Assembly: GCA_030390025.1 (NCBI GenBank)
Contig: CM059431.1
Location: forward strand, 108,130,001 to 108,194,000
Length of the DNA: 64,000 bases
Source: Squalus acanthias
Taxonomy: Eukaryota
Direction of reading: 5' to 3'
The notes under the pieces are model-generated. The model ran no database searches. It was not told the origin of the DNA and saw only the letters and a program-made list of their open reading frames with translations. Each line of letters opens with the position of its first letter. Within the stretch, counting starts at the first letter, position 1. Of this stretch, positions 12,214 through 25,350 are shown piece by piece. The position numbers and the translations under genes are program-made.

Positions 12214-12690
12214 CATAGAATCATAGAATAGTTACAGCACAGAAGGCGGCCATTCGGCCCGTCCCGCCTCTCTGCAAGAGCACATCAGCTACTCCCACCA
12301 CCCCCCGCCCCGCCCTTTCCCCGTAGGCCTGCAAATTCTTTCCCTTCAGGCACTTAGCCAATTCCCTTTTGAAAGCCACGATTGAATCTGCCTCCGCTAG
12401 CCTTTCAGTCAGTGCATTCCAGATTCTAACCACTTGCAGCATAAAAAAGTTTTTCCTCATGTCGCCTTTGGTTCTTCTGGCAAATACCTTAAATCTGTGT
12501 TCTCTGGTTCTTGACCCTTCTGCCAATGAGAACAGTTTCTCTCTATCTACTCTGTCCAGACCCCTCATGATTTTGAACACCTCTATCAAATCTCCTCTCA
12601 ACCTTCTCTGCTCTAAGGAGAACAACCCCAGCTTCTCTAGTCTATCCACGTAACTGAAGTCCCTCATCCCTGGAACCATATTATACATTT
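12214..12690 (-). mobile_element. CR1 LINE 3' fragment
   Basis: ORF 12221-12688 MVPGMRDFSYVDRLEKLGLFSLEQRRLRGDLIEVFKIM; (catagaat)n tail. Confidence 0.93.
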
Positions 12691-13142
12691 TCTCACCATT
12701 TCATTGTGGTAATCATCTTAAATTCCTATAATCAGAGTATTTTAAGTTTACCTTTGGCTTCAAGATTTGCATTCTTCTATTTTCTGTGCACTTTCCCTTG
12801 ATCTCAGCAGGTCATGCATCTCCTGAGCAAGTAAGCAAACTGCTCGCAGGTCTCTGCCACTGCCACCTTTGAGCCAACAGTTAGGAGGTGTTCACAATGT
12901 GCAACTGGGGCACATTGATGACTCACGCCCTCTCCCCTGTGCATAGGCTGATGGCCCGCACTCGGTGGCTGACATTGATCTGTGTCATTCCATTCCGCCC
13001 ATTGTTCCTCCTCTCAATGTGCTGCAGAACCTTGGCACAACTTTAGGCCAACTTTGCTGCCAGATGTCAGTCTCTTGCTAGCAATTGTGCCTGTGTCATT
13101 TAATTTTAGATGTAGTTCCTTTGTAAAGCCCACAGCATCAAG

Positions 13143-13970
13143 GGGCACGATCTTGCCAGCCCTGGGGAGGCGGGTATGGAGGCGGCACTGCCGGGAAAAT
13201 GGCAGAATTTGGGGGCGGGTGCCCAACCCGCCCCCATGCCATCTTGCCAGGAGGCGGGTAGCCGACCCGCGCCGGGTCCCGTCTCCTTGGAGGCGGGAAG
13301 GGGATTAGTGCCTCTTATCTGCCTGTTAACAGGTAGTTAACAGGCAGATAAGAGATTGTCCCCATTTTACCCACACAAGTGCGGGCTTCCCAAAGGCTCC
13401 GAACCCCACCAGGGTCACCGAGGTGAGCAGTGGGTCTGCGGGGGTCGGAGGGGTGCAAAAGTGCGCTGTGAAGGTAAGTGATGGGTGCAAGTGTGGAGAG
13501 GTGAGCATGTGAGGTAAGTGGAAAGTGTTAGTAAAAGTGTACTTACCTTTGTTTCTCCCTGCAGGCTTCAATCGTTGGGTATGCGGAGAGTTTCGCACCT
13601 CCGCAGCAGAGATGACAGATGGCCGTTGCATTCTCCAATGCAACAACCATCTAATTTCTGCAAAAGAGGTTTGATGAGTCTTGAATTCAAGAACTCATCA
13701 AACTACATAGAATGTCAGTATTTGACAGCTTCACAGAGCTGTCAAACGATGACAATTCATCTGTCAAAAATTTGACAGATGAAACGTCATACATTGACGT
13801 TCCCTGTAACCGGCTTCCCCTTAATTGGCCTGCTCAGCCTGCTGGGCGGGCTTAACAAGGTCAATCAAGGGAAAATAGCGTGGGTTGGCCAGAAGTTGAT
13901 GGAGGCGGGACTGAAACCCGACAGATGGGAGTCCCGCCTCCAAAAGCTCCCCATCGGCAAAATCCAGCCC
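13143..13970. mobile_element. Non-autonomous Harbinger element / MITE
   Basis: TIR GGGCACGATCTTGCC versus reverse complement GGGCTGGATTTTGCC; AAG duplicated on both flanks; ggaggcggg subterminal repeats as in 23110-31779. Confidence 0.75.
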
Positions 13971-14704
13971 AAGGTCTTTGCTTATCTCACCGGAACTGCA
14001 GCAGTATCGCTTACCCACATTCTTAACTTGAAAATGATGTCACAAAAATCCAGCTAATTACGTGGCCTGATCAGAGGAATGAGAAACATTTCAGAAACAT
14101 TTGCAATGAAAAGATAAAGGCTAATAAAAATGAAATACATTGCAAACAAACTTGTTTCACTGGCATAAGCTCCCACTTCAACGTAAAAGATAACAGCAAT
14201 AAGATCAGGCGATTTGTCATTTTAAATAGTTTCTTTCTAGCTTATCAATAGAAACCATGCGAGAGAACAATGGGCAACCATGTCGAGTTCAGTTGTTAAT
14301 AACAGACACCCTCTTTAATGGTCTGCAGTGACATTATTTGTGCTAGTAAATGTATTTTAAATTATTTCGGTTCACCAGAACTGCTTGCAGCTTGATAAAC
14401 AGAATCATCTGCGTCAGCAAACCTTTGGTGCTAGAAGTAAATATGTTCAATTAAATGGCTTTTCTTATTTATTAGATTATTCTGCATTTTATTAGTACAT
14501 AAAAACTTTCTACTGTGGTTCTCTTCCATTTGTATCATTTCAGTTGAGTTACCACGCGCAGCTTTAAATTCGGCAAGACAGACTGTTCTTTTTTCATTTG
14601 CAATGCACAATCATCCCTTGCGGCAGAAATCAATTAATGAAGGATTGCAAGCAAAGGTGTAACTTGGTAGAATTCTACCAAAACTTCGGGTAGTTGCTGC
14701 GTAG

Positions 14705-14980
14705 GAAATCAAATAGGGAATTCAGAAGAAACTTCTTCACCCAGAGCGTGGCGAGAATGTGGAACTCGCTATCACAGGGCGTGGTTGAAGTGAATAGTAT
14801 AGATGCATTTAAGAGGAAGCTTGACAAGCATATGAGGGAGGAGAGATTAGAGGGTTATGCTGATAGAGTTAGATGAGGAAAGACAGGAGGAGGCTCGAGT
14901 GGAGCATAGACGCCGGCATGGACTATTTGGGCCGAATGGCCTGTTTCTGTGCTGCATATTCTATGTAATCCTATGTAATA
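14705..14980 (+). mobile_element. CR1 LINE 3' fragment
   Basis: KSNREFRRNFFTQSVARMWNSL; ctatgtaa tail repeats. Confidence 0.9.
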
Positions 14981-15566
14981 CTGTGGATGACAGGTTTGCC
15001 AAGGGTGATAATCCCTAATTAATCAAACCAATACATTTATATAACTGTGTTTCACATCCTTCAGCAGCTGTATATCCTATGTAAAAGCACTCCTATGTAC
15101 AACAACAACAACTTGTACAAGTATTTCTGTTCTAAAAACCCGTACTGCACTACGCAAACTAACATACAAACTAATGTTATTGAAATTTTACACACGACTT
15201 TCAAAATGACTGAAGTACCTGCCATTAACCCAAGTTAATGTGGAACTGATTTTAAATGTTTGAAGACTGTTATAGCCTTTTACCTGAAATCAAAAGCATA
15301 ACAACGCTACAATTTGTAGCTCCTTCAGAAGTAAAAGTAATGCTGTTATCTAATGATAGCATTAGAATTTCCAGAAAACCATTTTTCAGCTATTACATTC
15401 AAAGACTCATTGTACACAGTTTCAAAGTGGCAATAGGACTATAATATGACGATGGATAATTTAGATGCCAACTTGTCAAGAGAAAAATAGCGTTCGACAA
15501 AGCTCGTTTATCTTTGTGCTTCTCAAGCTGAGAAATGTCAGCGTTTGAACACGCTTCCATTTTTAG

Positions 15567-16190
15567 GAACATAAGAAAATAGGAGCAGGAGTCGGCCATT
15601 CGAGCCTGCTCCAACATTCAATAAGGTCATAGCTGATCTTCTACCTCAACTCCACCTTTCCTCACTATCCCCACATCCTTTGATTCCCTTCGTATCTAAA
15701 AATCTATCGATCTCTGTCTTGAATATACTCAACGACTGAGCCTCCACTGCCCTCTGGGGTAGAGAATTCCAAAGATTCACAACCCTTTGAGTCAAGAAAT
15801 GTCTCCTCATCTCAGTCCTAAATGGCCGACCCCTTATTCTGAGACTGTGGCCTCTGGTTCTGGACTCCCCAGACAGGGGAAACATCCTCCCAGCATCTAC
15901 CTTGTCAAGGCCCTTAAGAATTTTATATGTTTCAATGAGATCACCTCTCATTCTTCTAAATTCTAGGGAATATAGGCCTAGTCCACTCAATCTCTCCTCA
16001 TCCCAGGAATCAGTCTAGTGAACCTTATTTGCACTCCCTCTTAGGCGAGTATATCCTTCCTTAGGTAAGGAGACCAAAACTGTACAGGTGTGGTCTCACC
16101 AAGGCCCTATACAATTGCAGTAAGACATCTTTACTCTTATGCTCCAATCCCTTTGTAATAAAGGCTAACATACCATTTGCTTTCCTAATT
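15567..16190 (-). mobile_element. CR1 LINE 3' fragment
   Basis: ORF 15646-15990 LGLYSLEFRRMRGDLIETYKILKG...RVVNLWNSLP; acataagaa tail. Confidence 0.93.
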
Positions 16191-16678
16191 GTGACTGTGA
16201 AAAAAGGTAAACTAACCCTCCTCGTCCTTCTCTACCTGTCTGCAGCTTTGACATGGTTGACCTCACCATACTCCTCCAACGCCTCTCCACCGTCGTCCAG
16301 CTGGGTGGGACTGCATTCGCCTGGTTCCATTCTTATCTATTTAATCGTAGCCAGAAAATCACCTACAATGGCTTCTCTTCCTGCTCCCGCACAGTTACCT
16401 CTGGCGTCCCCCAAGGATCTATCCTTGGCCCCCTCCTATTTCTCATCTACATTTCTGCCCCTCGGCGACATCATCCAAAAACACAGCGTCAGTTTCCATA
16501 TGTAAGCTGACGACACCCAGCTCTACCTCACCACCACTTCTCTCAACCACTCCACTGTCTCTAAGTTGTCAGACTGCTTGTCCGACATTCACTACTGGAT
16601 GAGCAGAAATTTCCTCCAACTAAATATTGGGATGACCGAAGCCATTGTCTTCAGTCCCCACCACGAACTCCGGTCCCC
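16191..16678 (+). mobile_element. L2 LINE RT fragment between CR1 pieces
   Basis: [44 protein letters not shown]; near reverse complement of 500-890. Confidence 0.88.
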
Positions 16679-16790
16679 AGTTACAACCTCAAAAAATTCT
16701 AACAGATTTGTCAAACACGATTTCCCTTTCATAAGTCCATGTCGACTCTGCCCGATCATATTATGATTTACTAAAATTCCCTGTTACCAC
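16679..16790 (-). mobile_element. CR1 RT internal fragment
   Basis: Reverse complement encodes [23 protein letters not shown]. Confidence 0.75.
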
Positions 16791-17259
16791 GTCCCATGTC
16801 ACTTTTAGTGCCTCGAGTCAATATCAAATGCTTCCACATTGGATGCAAAATGGATCATGTGAAGATTAGCGCTCTCCTTAACATACTGAAATAATTAGAC
16901 TCAACTCCAGGCCCAGATGCCCCACCATACTGCATCATTTACACTGTGCTTGCAATCCTTCATGAATTGCTTTTTGCTGTGACCTATCAGATTGCATTAC
17001 ATCCCCTCCCTCTGGCTAGGTCACAAATCCGGGACCCAGAGGTGAAAGAGTGTGTATCACTATGCAACACAACCTCCCTGTTTTGGCAGCTTCTGTAGCA
17101 TGGCACACTTTCCAGTATGGGTTTAACAGAGTGGCAACTGTTCCAGAACAGGAGTCGGCCATCCAGCCCCACAAACCTGCTCCGCCATTCAATTAGAATA
17201 TGGCTCAACTCCATTTTCCCACCCATGCTCCAGATCCTTTCATACCCTTACTTATCTGG

Positions 17260-18578
17260 CCCCCATCAGTCTACTCTCAATCATCAGCAAAGTGATGGAA
17301 GGTCTCATCGACAGTGCTATCAAGCGGCACTTAATCACCAATAACCCGCTCACCAATGCTCAGTTTGGATTCCGCCAGAACCACTCGGTTCTAGACCTCA
17401 TTACAGCCTTGGTCCAAACATGGACAAAAGAGCTGAATTCCAGAGGTGAGGTGAGAGTGACTGCCCTTGACATCAAGGCAGCATTTGACCGAGTCTGACA
17501 TCAAGGAGCCCTAATAAAATTGAAGTCAGTGGGAATCAGGGGAAAATCTCTCCATTGGCTGGTGTCATACTGAGTACAAAGGAAGATGGTTGTGGTTGCT
17601 GGAGGTCAATCATCTCAGTCCCAGGACATCGCTGCAGGAGTTCTTCAGGGCAGTGTCCCAGGTCCAACCATCTTCAGCTGCTTCATCAATGACCTTCCCT
17701 CCATCATAAGGTCAGAAGTAGGAATGTTCACTGATGATTGCACAGTGTTCAGTTCCATTTGCAACTCAGATAATGAAGCAGTCCATGCCCACATGCAACA
17801 AGACCTGGATGACATTCAGGCTTGGGCTGATAAATGGCATTCGCATCACACAAGTGCCAGGCAATGACTATCTACAACAAGATAGAATCTAACCACCGTC
17901 TCTTGACATTCAACGGCATTACCATCGCCGAATCCCCCCACCATCAATATCCTGGGGGTCACCATTGACCAGAAACTTAACTAGAACAGCCACATAAATA
18001 CTGTGAGAACAAGAGCAGGTCAGAGGCTGGGTATTCTGCGGCGAGTGTCTCACCTCCTGACTCCCCAAAGCCTTTCCACAATCTACAAGGCACAAGTCAG
18101 GAGTGTAATAGAATACTCTCCACTTGCCTGGATGAGTGCAGCTCCAACAACACTCAAGAAGATCGCCACCATCCAGGACAAAGCAGCCCGCTTGATTTGG
18201 GACCCCATCCATCACCTTAAACCATGGCTGCAGTGTGTACCATCTACAAGATGCACTGCAGCAACTCGCCTAAGCTTCTTCGGCAGCATTTCCAAACCCG
18301 ACAAGTACAGCAAGCGCATGTGAACACCATCGCCTGCAGGTTCCCCTCCAAATCACATACCATCCTGATTTGGAAATATATCGGCCGTTCCTTCATCGTC
18401 GCTGGGTCAAAATCCTGGAAGTTCCTCCCTAACAGCACTGTGGGAGCATCTTCACCACACGGACTGCAGCAGTTCAAGAAGGCGGCTCACCACCACCTTC
18501 TCAAGGGCAATTACGGATGGGCAATAAATGTTGGCCTTGCCAGCGACGCCCACATCCCAGGAACGAATATTTAAAAAA
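17260..18578 (+). mobile_element. LINE family B fragment (RT to 3' end)
   Basis: ALDIKAAFDRV, GVLQGSVPGPTIFSCFINDL, FTDD; same 3' tail as 7025-9300. Confidence 0.92.
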
Positions 18579-18584
18579 AAATTT

Positions 18585-18955
18585 ATTACCCTTTGTGTGG
18601 AAAAAGTGCTGCATGATTTTGCTCCTGAATGGTCGATTCCCCCACCAGAGGAAACAGTTTCTCCACATCTACTCTATCAAATCTTTTTAACATTTTAATC
18701 ACCTCAATCAGATCACCCCCTCAATCTTCTCTACTCAAGGGAATACAAGCCAACTTTATGCAACCCCTCTTCATAATTTCTCTCTCTAAGCATCTGCAGC
18801 ATTCTGGTGAATCTGCGCTGTACCCCATTCCAAGGCCATTATACCCTTCCTGAGGTACGGTGCCCAAATCTGGATGGGGTACTCCAGATAGGGCTTTATA
18901 CAACTGAACCATAACTTCCCACTGTACTCCAGCCTCTTTGCAATAAAAGCCAGGT
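18585..18955 (-). mobile_element. Degraded CR1 fragment
   Basis: LAFIAKRLEY, VQLYKAL, LEYPIQIWAPYLRK remnants. Confidence 0.75.
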
Positions 18956-19479
18956 GCAGGAGGACAGGGCTGCCCAAGAAACAGTTCACCAGAGGGTTAA
19001 TCTCATGTCCTAAATCAGCTGAAGAGGACAGAGATGCAGACTTTAGGGGCCCACTCTTTCAAAGAAAAATGAGTTGTATGCGCCAGCAATATTTTGAAGC
19101 TTTTGGGCCTGCTGGGTTGTGGTATTATTGAAGGGGGGGAGCCAACAGCCTAAAGTGGGAGGAGATTCAGGAGATCGGGACCCAAATGGCCATTGGCCAC
19201 TTTCAAAGTATCAGGCCCACCCGTCCAACATGTTCCCACCTATAAACACCATCCCCCAATTCATCAGAACCCCATCCACACCATCACATACCCAACCACT
19301 ACTTTGCTCAACCCTCTACTGGTTCTTATCTTAAAGCATTTAAGTGCACTTTTTCTGTTTCTTAAAATTTACTGGATTGAAAATCACAGGCTAGAAAGCA
19401 CAATTTCTTTGATATGTGCTCCCATCATGCACCAGGAGAGCACTGATATTACATTTGCTGATGTTAAAGGGCAAGTTTT

Positions 19480-20092
19480 ACTTCAGGTGCACAATGGTTG
19501 GTCGATAGGCAGAGTGAGCCCGTTGTTGAGGCCGGTGCCATTCGGAGGCCGCGGGTCACATTTACGTGCAGCTGGCAAGCTGTGGGCACCAGACGAGTGT
19601 CCCGCTGCAGCGCACAGGTTGTGGCACCGAGCCAGCTGTCTGTTGTAGCCCGAGGGAGCTAAACGATTCGGAGGGAGCCTGCAGTGGGGAGGAGTCTCTT
19701 TTGCGAGCCCAGGAAGCGAACCCCTGCTCCCCCTGGCCCCACAGAAATCAAAGCTGGAAAGAAACTTTGGCCGCTTAATAAACAGCTTCCAGTGGTCCCT
19801 TTAAGGCCTATTAGTTAGGCCACTACTGCCTGGTGCTAATGGGCGGAGCTTGGTCAGCGCGTGCCCTGCCCAGTTGTACTTTAAAATTGCAATCAGGGTC
19901 CTACATGAGTCATAGGACGCCGATATGCATATTCCAAGTGACCTTCTGCCTGAATCAGGCCAGTGCTCCTGTTGCACATCGCGAGATCCTACTCAAAATG
20001 GCAGTGCAAACAGGGAATTAAGTGACCTGACACCATTTTCAGGCCACTACCATCCTATTTATGCCAGGCACATCCCCTTAAAATTGTCCCTC
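19480..20092. mobile_element. GC-rich MITE-like repeat
   Basis: GC/CpG-rich block ending in taaaattgtccc, resembling other TIR ends in the window; left end not resolved. Confidence 0.35.
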
Positions 20093-20561
20093 TACCATCT
20101 TAAAAAAAAGATATTTCCATAAACAAATAAAGAATACCTCCTAAAATGCTCAAAACATCATCATTTATGCAGTTTCCAAGTTTTTAAATCCTTCAGCCTC
20201 AAAAATGCAACATAAGATTTTTTTTTAAACTTAATATATAGAACCAAAATTGACTTAACACAATTCATTTTCTATAAACAATCGGTTTGTTTCCTCTAAC
20301 TGTCTACAAGAAAAACACTACAACACCTGTTGCTAGTCGCACGTGCTTCATCTTTTTTTGAGGAGTTCCTAACAGAAAAGTATAATTGTTGATACATTTT
20401 TATGAATTATCACTTGACTCAATTATAAGCTTAGCGAATCCAATGGTGGGTTTCTTTTTTGAAAAAAAGTATTTTGATTAATTCGATTGGTTCGTCAACA
20501 AACCAGGACAGTGAATGTTGACATCTCAAAATTGAATGGAAAGAGTTGATCTAAACATTTT

Positions 20562-20957
20562 ACATAGAATTTGACAGCACAGAAACAGGCCATTTGGCCC
20601 CACTGGTCTCCAGTGTTTATGCTCCACACGAGTCTCCTCCCACCTTACTACATCTCACCCTATCAGCATAACCTGCTATTACTTTCTCCCTCATGTGCTT
20701 GTCTAGCTACCCCTTAAATGCATCGATGCTATTCGCCTCAACTACTCCATGTGGTAGCGAGTTCCACATTCTCACCACCCGCTGGGTAAAGAAGTTTCTT
20801 CTGAATTCCCTATTGGATTGCTTGGTGACTATCTTATATTGATGGCCTCTAGTTGTGCTCTTCCCCACAAGTGGAAACATTCTCTTTGTATCCACTCTAT
20901 CAAATCCCTTCATAATTTTATAGACTTCTATTAGATCACCCCTCAGCCTTCTCTTTT
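20562..20957 (-). mobile_element. CR1 LINE 3' fragment
   Basis: EKRRLRGDLIEVYKIMKGFDRVD...RVVRMWNSLP. Confidence 0.92.
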
Positions 20958-21013
20958 CATAAGTATTGTTCAAGGCTGCCAAACAGGCGAGAATCCAAGT
21001 CTGACTTCATATA

Positions 21014-21190
21014 TTACATAGAATATTCAGTATAGAAACAGGCCATTCGGCCCAATCAGTCCACGCTGCACTTGAGCCTCTCCCATCCTTCCTAACTCTA
21101 TCAGCAGAACCCTCTATTCGCTTCAACTGCTCTATGTGGTTGAGGCAAATAGCATAGATGCATTGAAGGGAAAACGAGATAAGTAAATGA
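21014..21190. mobile_element. Rearranged CR1 3' end (minus-strand tail plus inverted segment)
   Basis: About 21014-21135 is a minus-strand CR1 3' end; 21135-21190 tgtggttgaggcaaatagcatagatgcattgaagggaaa is plus-strand CR1. Confidence 0.7.
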
Positions 21191-22368
21191 GTTCGTAATG
21201 GTAAATATTAACACCGTGGTGTGAAAAATCATTATAACAGGAAGTAAGGTTTTTGGACAGGAAGTAGAAGCAAATCAAAAGCTGCTTAATGAGATATAGT
21301 TAGTGGATGCAAGACTCTGATGGAAATTCGAGGACTGTAAGGAAATACAAAGGATAATGAAGAGGCAAGATACTGCAGGTTCTCAATCCATATATCAAAT
21401 CAGAAGGCAGAATGAGAATAGAGATTTTGAAAAAAAGGACATCAGAGAAAGAAAAGCTAACAGTAGGCCATTTAATCAAATAATCAGCTATTATATATGT
21501 GCAAATGTGGTTTAATCTGTATTTAAAAAAATGGATGTATGGATTTTGTGGAAAATGTTATAAATACATTAAAACCATCAGTAATTGTTATATTTGTAAG
21601 TTTTCAAAAGATTCTCTTTCAGTGTCAGATTTTAGAAATGATCTTGATGCCACAACATTTGCTGACTGACATTGTGTGATCATGAAGTTGCTCTGATTTT
21701 TATCGTTCTAGAGCAGTGGAGAGACAACTTGGTTTTTTTTTTGCCAGTGCGATGATCAATTTAAACAGAGCCAATTTACTCCACCAACATGCAACTGCGC
21801 ATTTTAGCACAGTCTCGTGCAGAGCAAATGGCCACTTCCAACATGCTGTGCGTATAGATTATAGATGGTCAAAGACCAGCATCTATCAACTGCAGCCAGG
21901 TCTTTTCTGACACGTATGATGCTATCCAGAGATGGCTCTGTGGAAAATCCTGACAGAGCCAAGACATCTTCCCAACACCAAAAAAATCACGAGTACACAC
22001 ACTGGATTTTGTAACTTGGGGAACTATGCTGAAATTCCACTTTTGGTTCTCATCTTCCTCCTTGGATATCTAAGTAGTCCTTATACTGACTTAGAGAAAT
22101 AGGATTTGAAAGTTTCATCTATGGAGATGAAAGAGAATGCTTTAAATGCTGGACGTTAAAGCACGCATAGGCTAGGCATGTTTTAACAATTAGACTGTTC
22201 CAGAAAACAGCAGGCCAATATTTCATTGTCATTTGAAACACGCCAAATAAATCAGGCTGTGGAACCTTAAAGTACTGCACTTAGTTGCAAAACATTTCTG
22301 GCTCATGGTTACAGAAGATTTTATAGTACGATAATATTTGTTTATCGTGAAAAAACAAAACATATCAT

Positions 22369-22797
22369 GGTACGGTAGCATAGTGGTTATGTTACTGGGC
22401 TAGTAATCCAGTAGGCCTGGACTAATGATCCAGAGACATGAGTTCAAATCCCACCACGGCAGCTGGGGAATTTAAATTCAATTAATTAAATAAATCTGGA
22501 ATAAAAAGCTAGTTTCAGCAACGGTGACCGTGAAACTACCGTTTTGGTGTAAACACCTATCTGGTTCACTAATGTCCTTTAGGGAAGGAAATCTGCCGCC
22601 CTTACCTGGTCTGGCCTATGTATAACTTCAGACCCACAGCAATGTGGTTGACTCGTAACTGGCCTCTGAAATGGCCCAGCAAGCCACTCAGTTGTATAAG
22701 GTACGTTTCACTACCACCTTCTCAAGGGCAATCAGGGATGGGCAATAAATGCTGGCCTTGCCAACGGCACCCACATCCAATGAATGAAGAAAAAAAA
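22369..22797 (+). mobile_element. tRNA-derived SINE with LINE family B 3' tail
   Basis: A box TAGCATAGTGG, B box GAGTTCAAATCC, body ctggttcactaatgtcctttagggaaggaaa, tail ccaccttctcaagggcaat-agggatgggcaataaatgctggcc; further copies at 44345 and 50418. Confidence 0.88.
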
Positions 22798-23385
22798 CAT
22801 TTTTATATTACTTATCAAAAATAACAAGATTCTCATGAGGTGTTAAATGCCTTGTCAAGAGATGGTACACGGCAATTTACATTTCAAGCCATGTAAGATT
22901 CTCTGATGTTGCAACATGTTTCTGTGAGCAATATTACCAGCCACTTGTAATCTGATTCAGATCACTGATCATCTGCAATTCTGGATATTTGGAAGCATTT
23001 ATGTTTACGCATTGGTGTTCTATGCATTTCAAAGGGTCTCAGCTGTACAAAGCATTATAGATGTCCCAAAAAAAGCATTCTTCAATTTCATTCAATATGA
23101 CGATAATAAGGCCGCGATTTTATCATTGGAGGCGGGTTGGGTGTGGGTCAGGTGGTCAGTGGGTTCCGGTCCCGCCTCCACTTTCAGCTGGTCAGAAGTT
23201 GCGATTTTGTGTTAAGTGGCCTATTGAATCCCTGCGTGCGCGCTACCCGGCCCAATTAGTGGTTTCGGGTCTGCTGCTCGCCTCTGCTGACATCTGTCAG
23301 CCAGCTGTATTTAAGGGGCCCTTGCAGCATTGTTTCATTTCATTTTCATTCTTTTCTGCTGGTTCTCGTTTTGGCAATTGTACCC

Positions 23386-25350
23386 ATGACTGCTGCAAGA
23401 GTCAAGGCCTCTCCCCGTTTTGATGATGACTCCCTCCATGCTCTTGTGGATGGAGTGAGAGGGCGCCAGGAGGTACTATTCCCATCCTCTGGACGGAGGA
23501 AGCCTCCTCAGCAAAGCAAAGCAGCCTGGCTGCAAATTGCTGAGGAGGTCAGCTCCAGATCGTTGTGTCCTCGCTCCTGGGTCAGTGCAGGAAAAGGTTC
23601 AGTGACCTGGTACGCTCAGGAAAAGTGAGTATAACATCACACTTACCCTCAATCTGCTCCCCATCTCCTCTCATCACCAGCACTCTGCATTGTCAACCTA
23701 CTCCTGCACATCCCACTTGACCCTCACATCCCTTGCACCCTTAACCATCCCTCTCTCTCTATGTACTGAATCACTTCACTATTCGACCACACTGCCCTCA
23801 CATTCACTCTCACTGTTATGCAATGCCAACAACTAATAACGCACAGGGAGGGCCCTTGGTATTGGCACCTCACTCCATCTTTGTCTCCTTCTAAGCATCT
23901 ATGCTACGGCTTCTCTACACTCACTCCATCATTCTCACTCAAACTCCACTTGTGTCCCTCATTGCAGGAGAAGAGAGCCCACAATAAGAGGGAGAGGGCT
24001 AGGACAGGAGGAGGGCCACCTTCCATTGCCCATATGACCACCGCTGAGGAGGCTGCCCTCAAAATAATCGGAGGTGCTGAGGATCTGGAAGTGGGGGATG
24101 GTCAGACGGGCACAGCAGAGCAAGCTGGTGACAGAATAGATTTGCAACCCTCTCATTTACATTGCATGAGTGACTGATATGGCATCTGATGCTCATACAG
24201 ATTGAGTTATGATCATCTGCACAATTCGATGTGCATGCTATGTTAATATCACATGTCTAACTCATGCCTTTACTCCCCCACAGGACCATCGACAGCCCCC
24301 CTCCCCACTGTCCAGGAGGAAGAGCCTGAGCCAGAAGACTCCTCAGAGGATGCTGAAACCTCAGAGGGCGCAGCATCAGCAGAATTAAGCGCACCCAGCA
24401 CCAGCGCAGATATGCACACCTCAGTGGGTCATTCACGAGATAGATTAGTGTTGTCACCTGGTGTATCACAGCTCAAAAGTGAGTAGCAGCAGATGGTGGA
24501 GACAGGGACAGCAGAGGAGAGTCCTCGTCGGAGGGCGCTGGATGCTCCCAGCTCTGTTCAGCTGTATATGGACCCTGTGCCTCTGGGGCCATCCAGAAAG
24601 AGAGCGGTGCTGGAACTCCAGGAACAAGTGCAGGAGTCTCTGGCAGGTTTTGCATCCAGGGTAACTGCGAGTATGGAGAGGATGGAAGAGTCCATGTCTA
24701 ACATGAGCAGTGCCTTTGTGGAGGCAATGGCGCATGAACGCACCACCATGGAAAAGATGGCAACCTCCGTGGATAGGATGGCTACATCAGAGGAAAGGAT
24801 GGCTACGATCATGGAGGAAATAAGTCGCCAGAGTCAGGAAAACATGGAGAATGTTCAGAATAGATTGACAACTCTGGAGGAGCGATGGGCAGCTATTGAG
24901 CAGAGAAACCAGAGCTTCATGGAATTCCTTTTGAGGAGGACTGCCAGTGCAGATACGAGTCCTCATGGCCCCCCTGATGTGCAGCAAGGTGCTGTCCAGC
25001 CACTTGCTAGCACTGAAGTGGGGCTGACCCATGAGAGGGATGTTGGTGGCAGGCAACAAGGAAGTGTGGGCTCCTCTCCAAGCGCTCACACTCCCATGCC
25101 ACTGTGGAGCCCTCGGTCAGAGCCCCACCAGAGTCCTCACCCAAATGAGATGGACGTCTCAGCCCCTGCACAGCCGCAGGAGGAGCAGACTGTTGCCGAG
25201 CCCTCACAGGCTCACAAACCCAGAGGACGCCTGCCAAAGGTGTCGAAGCAGGAGCAGCATGAAAGTGAGCAAGGTGGCTCAACATCTGCTGAAGCCACAG
25301 GGGAAGCACCACGTAGAAGCACGCGTAAGAGGAAGATAAAGCACAATTAG
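23386..25350 (+). pseudogene. Harbinger Myb/SANT-like DNA-binding protein gene, three exons (23386-23624, 23968-24127, 24284-25350)
   Basis: PRFDDDSLHALVDGV...EVLFP...AAWLQIAEEV...RSW, then (frameshift near 23582) QCRKRFSDL, EKRAHNKRERARTGGGPP, a coiled-coil region and basic C-terminus RRSTRKRKIKH; GT-AG sites aaaa|gtgagt, tgcag|gag, gctg|gtgaca, cacag|gac; in-frame TAG at 24484-24486. Confidence 0.85.

Noticed and set aside
22369..22460. tRNA gene
   Set aside because: A and B boxes are present but continue into a SINE body and LINE-derived tail; likewise 38710-38762 and 50418-50480
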